DNA of 13,546 nt. It comes from a bacterium. GTDB lineage: Bacteria; Zhuqueibacterota; Zhuqueibacteria; Oceanimicrobiales; Oceanimicrobiaceae. Under the pieces are notes generated by a model, which saw nothing but the letters and a program-made list of their open reading frames with translations, was not told the origin of the DNA and made no database searches. Each line of letters starts with the position of its first letter. Positions within the stretch are counted from its first letter, which is position 1. The DNA lies in NCBI GenBank assembly GCA_046757165.1, contig JBHHXT010000124.1, positions 1 through 13,546 of the forward strand. The letters are read 5' to 3'. Of the stretch, positions 6,873-13,546 are shown one piece after another. Both the position numbers and the translations under genes were made by a program.

Positions 6873-7905
6873 ATCCCTGCGAAATGACCTGTTGATCCGG
6901 GCGTGCCGGCAAGAGCCGGTCGAGCGTACGCCGGTCTGGATCATGCGCCAGGCCGGCCGGTACTTGCCCGAGTACCAGGCTGTGCGTGCGAAAGCTGATT
7001 TCATGACCATGTGCCGCACGCCTGAGCTGGCTGCTGAAGTGACGTTGCAGCCGGTCGAGATCATCGGCGTGGATGGGGCGATTATCTTCTCTGACATTTT
7101 GGTGATTCCTGCCGCCATGGGCATGGCGCTTCATTTTCACGAAGGTCGGGGGCCGGTGTTTGAAAAGCCGCTGCGAAAACAGGAAGACTTTGCCCGACTC
7201 GAGCCCCTTCAACCGCAAGAGCAACTGGCCTATGTCCTGGACGCGCTCAAACTCGTGCGTAAAGAATTGGCCGGCCAGGTCCCGCTCATTGGCTTTGCCG
7301 GCGCACCCTGGACCCTGGCGGCGTACATGGTCGAAGGCCATGGCTCCAGGAATTTTGTCGAGATCAAGCGTCTCATGTACAGCGAGCCCGCTTTGCTTCA
7401 CGGGCTGCTGGACCGGCTCAGTGATGCGGTGGCTGATTTCTTGTGTGCGCAAATTGCCGCCGGGGCGCAAGTCGTGCAGATTTTCGACAGTTGGGCCGGC
7501 ATCCTGACGCCGGCGTCTTTTCGTGACTTTTCTCTGCCCTATCTGCGCAAAGTGGTCGAGCGGGTGAACACGCAAGGCGCCCCGGTTATCGTTTTCGCCC
7601 GGGATGCCGGTCATTCATTTGACGCCCTGGCGGATATCGGCGCGGATGTTCTGGGCGTGTCCTGGACTGAGGATTTGGCTTTGGCAAGAAGGGCCGTCAA
7701 GGGTAGGGTCGCGCTGCAAGGAAATCTCGATCCGTGCGTCTTGTTCAGCAGGCCGGAGGTCATTGAGCAAGAGGTACGCAAAGTTTTGAACAAGGCTGGC
7801 AGGGGCCCGGGGCATATCTTCAATCTCGGACACGGTATTTTACCGGAGACGCCGGTTGAGAACGCCAGGGCTTTGGTTGAATTCGTGGCTCGACATTCCT
7901 CCTGA
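6865..7905 (+). CDS. hemE: Uroporphyrinogen decarboxylase
   Basis: PVWIMRQAGRYLPEY, AIIFSDIL, IGFAGAPWTLAAY, QIFDSW, LQGNLDP and HIFNLGHGI. GAGGT RBS at 6851-6855; overlaps the hemD stop. Confidence 0.98.
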   Translation: MTESLRNDLLIRACRQEPVERTPVWIMRQAGRYLPEYQAVRAKADFMTMCRTPELAAEVTLQPVEIIGVDGAIIFSDILVIPAAMGMALHFHEGRGPVFEKPLRKQEDFARLEPLQPQEQLAYVLDALKLVRKELAGQVPLIGFAGAPWTLAAYMVEGHGSRNFVEIKRLMYSEPALLHGLLDRLSDAVADFLCAQIAAGAQVVQIFDSWAGILTPASFRDFSLPYLRKVVERVNTQGAPVIVFARDAGHSFDALADIGADVLGVSWTEDLALARRAVKGRVALQGNLDPCVLFSRPEVIEQEVRKVLNKAGRGPGHIFNLGHGILPETPVENARALVEFVARHSS

Positions 7906-7908
7906 ACG

Positions 7909-9336
7909 ATGGGTGAGAACAACAAAATGAATCGGTCAGACGCCAGGTCCAAACCTGTGGTGGTCGATCTCGAGATGCTGCGGCGGTATGATAAGCCGGG
8001 TCCGCGCTACACCAGCTATCCGACCGCGCCACAATTCAGCCACGAGTTCGATGGCAAGGCCTTTCGGCAGGAGATCGAGCGCACCAACAGCGTCGAGAAT
8101 CCGGCGGATTTATCCCTCTATTTCCACCTGCCGTTCTGCGATACGCTGTGCTATTTTTGTGGCTGCACCATGATCATTACACGGAACCGGGACCGCATCG
8201 AGGAGTACATCGATTATTTGGTCAAGGAAATCAGGCTGGTTGGCAGCATGATGAAGCCCGGCCGCAAGGTTTGCCAGCTCCACTGGGGAGGCGGGACACC
8301 GACGTACCTGGATCCCGATCAGATTCGGCGGACGTTCGCTGCCATCCGCGAGCAGTTCGAGTTTTATGGTGACGCCGAGATCAGCGTCGAAATCGACCCG
8401 CGCGGTTTGACCGATGAGCATCTCGATGCTCTGGCAGAGGTGGGATTTAATCGCGCAAGCATGGGCGTGCAGGACTTCGATCTCAGGGTGCAGGAGACGA
8501 TCAACAGAATCCAATCAGAGGAGCTGACGCGTTGGGCTTTCGACGGGTTGCGTGAGCGCGAATTCGAAAGCATCAACCTGGATTTGATCTACGGCTTGCC
8601 GTATCAAACCGTCTCCTCCTTTGCACGGACGTTAGACCGTATCATCGATATTTCTCCCGATCGGCTGGCGGTCTTCAACTATGCGCATGTGCCCTGGATG
8701 AAGAAGCATCAGCGCGTCATTGAAGAGGAGACGCTGCCGAAACCCGAGGACAAATTGGGCATCTTGAAGCACACCATCGAGACGCTGACAGCCGGGAATT
8801 ATGTTTACATTGGCATGGACCATTTCGCGCGGCCCGATGATTCTCTGGTGAAGGCGCTGCGGGCAAAGAAACTTTACAGAAATTTTCAGGGCTATTCGAC
8901 CCGGGCCGGGTGTGACCTGTACGCCATGGGCATGTCCAGCATCAGTCAATTGCAAGATGTTTACGCCCAGAATGTCAAGGAGATACCGTCCTACTATGCT
9001 GCGATCGCAGACGGCGAGCTCGCCACGGAAAGAGGGTACCGGCTGGACCGGGATGACCACCTTCGCAGGTACGTGATCATGCATCTGATGTGCGATTTCG
9101 AGCTGGACAAGCAAGAGGTGGAGAAAAGATTTGGGCTCACATTTGACCGCTACTTTGCGACCGAGCTGGAGCAGCTCGAATCGATGGTCCGGGATGGCCT
9201 GGTCGACATTGCGAATGGTCGCATCCGGGTCACCGAGATGGGACATTTGCTGATCCGCAACATCGCCATGACATTCGATGGACACTTGCGCCAAATGAAA
9301 TCAGAGTCAGCGCCAAGGTTTTCCAAGACTGTTTAG
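7909..9336 (+). CDS. hemN: Oxygen-independent coproporphyrinogen III dehydrogenase (radical SAM)
   Basis: GPRYTSYP N-terminal motif, which marks true HemN/CgdH rather than HemW. Also HLPFCDTLCYFCGC (CxxxCxxC), GGGTP, IGMDHF and RNFQGY. Alternative start at ATG 7927. Confidence 0.96.
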   Translation: MGENNKMNRSDARSKPVVVDLEMLRRYDKPGPRYTSYPTAPQFSHEFDGKAFRQEIERTNSVENPADLSLYFHLPFCDTLCYFCGCTMIITRNRDRIEEYIDYLVKEIRLVGSMMKPGRKVCQLHWGGGTPTYLDPDQIRRTFAAIREQFEFYGDAEISVEIDPRGLTDEHLDALAEVGFNRASMGVQDFDLRVQETINRIQSEELTRWAFDGLREREFESINLDLIYGLPYQTVSSFARTLDRIIDISPDRLAVFNYAHVPWMKKHQRVIEEETLPKPEDKLGILKHTIETLTAGNYVYIGMDHFARPDDSLVKALRAKKLYRNFQGYSTRAGCDLYAMGMSSISQLQDVYAQNVKEIPSYYAAIADGELATERGYRLDRDDHLRRYVIMHLMCDFELDKQEVEKRFGLTFDRYFATELEQLESMVRDGLVDIANGRIRVTEMGHLLIRNIAMTFDGHLRQMKSESAPRFSKTV

Positions 9337-9437
9337 CAAAGTTTCTGGCGCGGCCAGGCCACACAGGCCGAATTCGTTCTCATTTTTCGCACATTTGTAC
9401 AAAGAATGAGAAACCAGGAATAGAGTGGGTACAAAAG

Positions 9438-10682
9438 ATGGATGCTCGTACTTTCTTGACCCTTTATCGCTATGATGAGCGGCTCATCAGCGGCCAATAT
9501 TATCCAACCGGACCGATCAAGGCGGAAACCGGAGACACCATTGGCGTCGTCCTCCTGAATCTCGGCGGGCCGGACACCCTGGAGGAGGTCGAGCCTTTTC
9601 TCTACAATCTTTTTATGGATCCCGCCATCATCGATATGCCCTTTGGCGGCATTCTGCGCCACTGGCTATCAAGATTCATCTCTTCCAAACGCTCTCAAAA
9701 AGTTGGCAGGGACTATGAAGTCATTGGCGGTGGCTCACCCATCAACCGCTTGACGCGGGAGCAAGCCGAGAGCCTGGAGTCTGCGCTGCACCGGATGTTT
9801 GGTGACTTCGCCGGGGTCCGCTTTCGTGTCTACATCGCCATGCGGTACTGGCGTCCGACCTCGGAAGACGCTGCCAAAAGAATGCGGGCAGATGGGGTCG
9901 ACAAGGTGGTACTCCTACCGTTGTATCCGCATTACTCCAAAACCACCACCGGCTCAGCGCTGGTCTATTGGTGGATGCTGGAGCAGCAGGAAGAGATTCC
10001 GGTCTGGCCGACCACCTCGGTTTACGAGTATTCGGCCCATCCGAAGTACATTCGGGCCATCAGTGAGCGCATCGATGAAGCCCTGGCGCGCTTTCCGGAG
10101 CAGGCGCGCGGCCAGGTGCAATTGCTCTTCAGCGCCCACGGCACGCCCCTGTATGAGATGAAAAAGCGGCGTGACCCGTACTGCTGCCTGATTCACGCCA
10201 CCGTCGAACAGGTCATGAAATTGCGCAAGAATGACTTGCCATTTCATGTTGCATTCCAGAGCAAGGTCGGGCCGGCCCAGTGGCTGACCCCGAGCACGCC
10301 GGAGAAGTTGAAAGAGCTGGGGCAGAAGGGGCACACGGCCGTCTTGATTGTCCCGGTCGCATTTGTGACCGACCATATCGAGACCGCTTATGAGCTGGAC
10401 ATTCTGATCCGGAAAGAGGCGCAGAAGTTTGGCATTGAGCACTATGAAGTGACCGCAGGGTTGAATTCCCATCCCCTGTTCATCGAGGCGCTGGCTGAGG
10501 CCGTTGTCTCGCAGCTCGAGTTTTCTTCGAACGGCAAGGCGACCGAGCCAAAATATGGCCAGCTCGGGAAGTTTCAGGCTGCAGACAGAGCGTGCCGCTG
10601 CCACCAGTGTGAGTTCATTGCCGAAGCCGTTTGCTGGGATGAGAAAGAACTGTTGCTGCCTGACAACGATACTCAAACATGA
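9438..10682 (+). CDS. hemH: Ferrochelatase with an N-terminal extension and a Cys-rich C-terminal extension
   Basis: LLNLGGP, IGGGSP, AMRYWRP, LPLYPHYS, FSAHG, FQSKVGP..WLTP and FVTDHIETAYE, containing the catalytic His and Glu. Confidence 0.96.
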   Translation: MDARTFLTLYRYDERLISGQYYPTGPIKAETGDTIGVVLLNLGGPDTLEEVEPFLYNLFMDPAIIDMPFGGILRHWLSRFISSKRSQKVGRDYEVIGGGSPINRLTREQAESLESALHRMFGDFAGVRFRVYIAMRYWRPTSEDAAKRMRADGVDKVVLLPLYPHYSKTTTGSALVYWWMLEQQEEIPVWPTTSVYEYSAHPKYIRAISERIDEALARFPEQARGQVQLLFSAHGTPLYEMKKRRDPYCCLIHATVEQVMKLRKNDLPFHVAFQSKVGPAQWLTPSTPEKLKELGQKGHTAVLIVPVAFVTDHIETAYELDILIRKEAQKFGIEHYEVTAGLNSHPLFIEALAEAVVSQLEFSSNGKATEPKYGQLGKFQAADRACRCHQCEFIAEAVCWDEKELLLPDNDTQT

Positions 10683-10697
10683 ATTCTCGTTTCGATT

Positions 10698-12140
10698 ATG
10701 ACGGACAAGCGCATTGAAAAAGACGCCGTGATCATCGGGGGCGGCATTTCCGGCCTGGCCACAGCCGCCCGCCTGAGGCGCAAGGGGCTGAACGTCCTCT
10801 TGCTGGAAAAAAAGCAACAGCCTGGCGGCGCCATTCAAACCGAGCAGTTGGATGGTTTCCTGGTTGACTGTGGGCCCAACAGCACGCTGGAAACCTCGCC
10901 TGAGGTGCGCGAATTTGTCGATGAGATCGGGCTCTCGGAGCGGCGGGTCTACGCCGACCTCCGGGCAAATCGTCGTTACATTTTGCGCGATGGCGAGCTG
11001 AGGGCTTTGCCGATGAGTCCGCCGCAGTTTCTCGCCTGCAATTTGTTTTCAGTCAGAGCCAAGCTGCGGCTCCTGCTCGAGCCGTTTATCGCGCCTGCAC
11101 CAGATGATCTGGAGGAGACCATTGCCCAGTTTGTCGAACGAAGATTGGGCCGCGAGTTCCTGGACTATGCCATCAACCCGTTCATCGCTGGCGTCTATGC
11201 AGGCGATCCGGAGCGGCTGAGCGTCCGAAGCGCCGTGGCCAGAATCTATGCGCTCGAGAAAAATTACGGTAGCCTGATCAAGGGCGCGATCAAAGGGGCG
11301 AAAGCACGCAAGAAGCGCAAAGAAGTCGACAAGACCAGAGCGCGCTTGTTTTCTTTCCGCGACGGCATGGGGGAGCTGGTGGGGGCCCTCAAGACCGTCC
11401 TTGCGGCAGAAATTCGAACCTCCGCCGACATTGTGAAGGTGGAGCTTTCTCCCCATCCGCACGCGCCCCATTCAGTCCATTTCACCGAATCCGGCGCCAG
11501 ACAAACTGTTTCTTCTAGAGTTCTGATTTTCGCCAGCCCTGCCTTCGCCACGGCTCAGTTGCTCGAGATGTTTGACCGCTCCCTGTCTGAAAAATTGCGT
11601 GAAATCGTTTATGCTCCGGTCGCGATGGTGTTCTTCGGGTATGAGAAGACCATTCAATGCCGGGCGCTGGACGGCTTTGGTTTCCTCATTCCAAAAGTCG
11701 AAAAGCGGAGGATTCTTGGCACCATCTGGAGCTCGACCATTTTCCCGCATCGTGCGCCACCAGGCGGCGTCGCTTTGACGACGTTTGTTGGCGGAATGAG
11801 GCAGCCTGAGTTGCCGGAGCTGGAAGATGCCCAGCTTTCCGAGATCGTGACGCAGGAACTCGGATCGATCATGCAATTGCAGGGCGCGCCCGATGTTATT
11901 CGGATCAAGCGCTGGCCAAGAGCCATTCCGCAGTATACGGTCGGGCACGAAACGAGATTGCAGGCGGTGGCAGCGTTCGAAAGAACGTATCCCGGCGTTT
12001 TCATTTCCGGTAATTTTCGCAGTGGTATCTCCGTGGGCGACTGCATCTTGCACTCGCGAGAGGTCGCCGGGCAGGTTTCGGAGTGGTTGAAGCCGCCGGT
12101 GGCGCACGGAGAACAGCGGCACGCGCTTGCGGCGCGTTAG
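10698..12140 (+). CDS. hemY: FAD-dependent protoporphyrinogen/coproporphyrinogen oxidase (HemY family)
   Basis: IIGGGISGL dinucleotide-binding motif, GPNS, PFIAGVYAGDP, GFGFL and RWPRAIPQY. Confidence 0.93.
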   Translation: MTDKRIEKDAVIIGGGISGLATAARLRRKGLNVLLLEKKQQPGGAIQTEQLDGFLVDCGPNSTLETSPEVREFVDEIGLSERRVYADLRANRRYILRDGELRALPMSPPQFLACNLFSVRAKLRLLLEPFIAPAPDDLEETIAQFVERRLGREFLDYAINPFIAGVYAGDPERLSVRSAVARIYALEKNYGSLIKGAIKGAKARKKRKEVDKTRARLFSFRDGMGELVGALKTVLAAEIRTSADIVKVELSPHPHAPHSVHFTESGARQTVSSRVLIFASPAFATAQLLEMFDRSLSEKLREIVYAPVAMVFFGYEKTIQCRALDGFGFLIPKVEKRRILGTIWSSTIFPHRAPPGGVALTTFVGGMRQPELPELEDAQLSEIVTQELGSIMQLQGAPDVIRIKRWPRAIPQYTVGHETRLQAVAAFERTYPGVFISGNFRSGISVGDCILHSREVAGQVSEWLKPPVAHGEQRHALAAR

Positions 12141-12156
12141 ACAAAACGCAGGCCGA

Positions 12157-12348
12157 CAGGCTGTAGACTTTTAGGCTGTAGGAATAGATTGCGCGGAACC
12201 TAAGCCGGACAAGCCGGAACCAAAAAGATTTTTTTCAGATTTGTGCGGTTCCTGACCGCGGGGTCGGTGTACAAGCTTTCAGCTTGCTGGGGTGGGGGAA
12301 GACACGCTAAAGCGTGAACACCCTATCAGCCGACAGTCTAAACACCTG
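12157..12348. repeat. Structured intergenic element bounded by imperfect inverted repeats of about 26 bp
   Basis: Left arm CAGGCTGTAGACTTTTAGGCTGTAGG (12157-12182) resembles the reverse complement of the right arm (12322-12348), CAGGTGTTTAGACTGTCGGCTGATAGG. Internal hairpins are CAAGCT-TTC-AGCTTG and CACGC-TAAA-GCGTG. Confidence 0.55.
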
Positions 12349-12384
12349 AATCGTACGATAAAACAGGCCAAGGGAGAACGTAAA

Positions 12385-13359
12385 ATGTCATTCAAACCTT
12401 ATTTCAGACCCAGACGGTTACGCGGCTCGGCAGAGCTGCGCAGGATGGTGCGGGAAACCAGGCTTTCGGTGGACAATCTCATCTATCCGCTTTTCGTGAC
12501 CCATGAAAACACACCCAGAACCCCGATCGTCTCCATGCCCGGGCAATTCCAGCTCTCTGTCGAACAATTGGTTGCCGAGGTGGAAGAGGCAAAGCGGTTG
12601 GGCCTTCCTGCCGTGATTCTCTTCGGCCTGCCGCAAAAGAAAGATGCGGTCGGCTCTGACAGTCTTAGCGCGCACGGCATCATCCAGCGAGCGGTGCAGG
12701 CCGTCAAGGAGACCGTCTCTGGCATTCTGGTCATCACAGACGTTTGTTTCTGTGAATATACCGACCATGGGCACTGCGGCGTCATCAAGAACGATTTTGT
12801 GGACAATGATGCCACTCTGGAGCTGTTGGCCCAGCAGTCGATTTCGCACGCTCAGGCCGGTGCCGACATGGTTGCGCCGTCCGGAATGATGGATGGGATG
12901 GTGGGCGCGATTCGCGAGGGGCTGGACGGTGCCGGGTTGGAGAGAATTCCCATTCTGAGCTACGCCGTGAAATACGCCTCGGCATTTTATGGGCCGTTCC
13001 GGGATGCCGTCGAATCTGCACCCAAATTTGGCGACCGCCGCACACACCAGATGGATTCAGCAAACGCCCACGAAGCCTTGCGTGAAGCCGAGCTCGATGT
13101 CGAAGAAGGCGCCGACATGTTGATGGTCAAGCCTGCTCTATCCTACCTGGATGTTATTCAGAGACTGAAAGAGCGCTTCGAGCTGCCTGTCGCCGCTTAC
13201 AACGTCAGTGGCGAATACGCGATGGTCAAGGCGGCGGCGAAGAACGGCTGGATCGATGAACAAGCGGTGGCGCTCGAGATCTTGACCTCCATCAGACGCG
13301 CTGGCGCGGATTTGATTTTGACCTACCATGCAAAGGAGGCCGCGAAGTGGCTGGCCTAG
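12385..13359 (+). CDS. hemB: Porphobilinogen synthase (ALA dehydratase), Zn-dependent type
   Basis: RPRRLR, Zn ligands [22 protein letters not shown], and Schiff-base lysines in [14 protein letters not shown] and MVKPAL. AGGGAGA RBS (12371-12377) precedes ATG 12385. Confidence 0.98.
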   Translation: MSFKPYFRPRRLRGSAELRRMVRETRLSVDNLIYPLFVTHENTPRTPIVSMPGQFQLSVEQLVAEVEEAKRLGLPAVILFGLPQKKDAVGSDSLSAHGIIQRAVQAVKETVSGILVITDVCFCEYTDHGHCGVIKNDFVDNDATLELLAQQSISHAQAGADMVAPSGMMDGMVGAIREGLDGAGLERIPILSYAVKYASAFYGPFRDAVESAPKFGDRRTHQMDSANAHEALREAELDVEEGADMLMVKPALSYLDVIQRLKERFELPVAAYNVSGEYAMVKAAAKNGWIDEQAVALEILTSIRRAGADLILTYHAKEAAKWLA

Positions 13360-13360
13360 C

Positions 13361-13528
13361 CTTCCAGGCCGGAAGAAGCATCTTGACAACGAACAGATCC
13401 AACACAGTCTCTGACTGTGTTTTGGTGTTCTGACCAGCCGACATTCAGTCATGTCGGGAAATCAAATCGTAGCCACGACCCCTTGTGGGTCGTTTCTCCG
13501 GGATTCTATGGATTCCCGCTTTCGCGGG
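13361..13528. repeat. Cluster of five short hairpins / REP-like palindromes after hemB
   Basis: CTTCC-N5-GGAAG (13361-13375); AACACAGTC-TCT-GACTGTGTT (13401-13421); CCGACAT-N6-ATGTCGG (13438-13457); ACGACCC-N5-GGGTCGT (13475-13493); CCCGC-TTTC-GCGGG (13515-13528). Confidence 0.65.
13401..13423 (+). terminator. Possible intrinsic terminator after hemB
   Basis: Stem CACAGTC-TCT-GACTGTG followed by only TTTT, about 40 nt after the hemB stop. The short U-tract makes it weak. Confidence 0.35.
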
Positions 13529-13546
13529 TCTTGCTGAGGTCCTTAA

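Noticed and set aside
7909..9336. HemW heme chaperone or another HemN-like radical SAM protein
   Set aside because: PRYTSYP, CYFCGC and RNFQGY motifs plus the operon context indicate true HemN.
5123..12122. Long minus-strand ORFs opposite the hem genes (e.g. 5123-6289, 6778-7614, 9954-10838, 11472-12122)
   Set aside because: Typical antisense shadows of GC-rich coding sequence; no motifs, and they overlap confident genes.
12292..12384. GTG-initiated extension of hemB
   Set aside because: Lies in the structured spacer; ATG 12385 has a good RBS and matches the usual HemB N-terminus.
13383..13388. TTGACA as a downstream promoter -35 box
   Set aside because: No -10-like hexamer at the expected distance; that position falls inside a hairpin.

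Overview
Bacterial chromosomal segment with two divergently transcribed gene clusters around an AT-rich control region of about 420 bp (3460-3882). The minus-strand cluster is a ferrous-iron uptake unit: an atypical DtxR/MntR-family repressor with a 5-Cys C-terminal tail, a small CxxC...CxxH zinc-finger-like protein, feoA, feoB, and a 55-aa FeoB-associated Cys-containing membrane peptide that the ORF track missed. It has a near-consensus sigma70 promoter and a probable terminator. The plus-strand cluster is an almost complete heme biosynthesis operon, hemA-hemC-hemD-hemE-hemN-hemH-hemY-hemB; hemL is not in the window. The enzymes are mostly standard. The unusual points are the back-to-back coupling of iron import with heme synthesis, the altered metal sites and Cys tail of the regulator, a Cys-rich ferrochelatase extension, a 10-bp tandem repeat just before hemA, a perfect 7-1-7 palindrome in the divergent region, and densely structured, REP-like spacers on both sides of hemB. 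All calls come from reading motifs by eye; no database searches were run.
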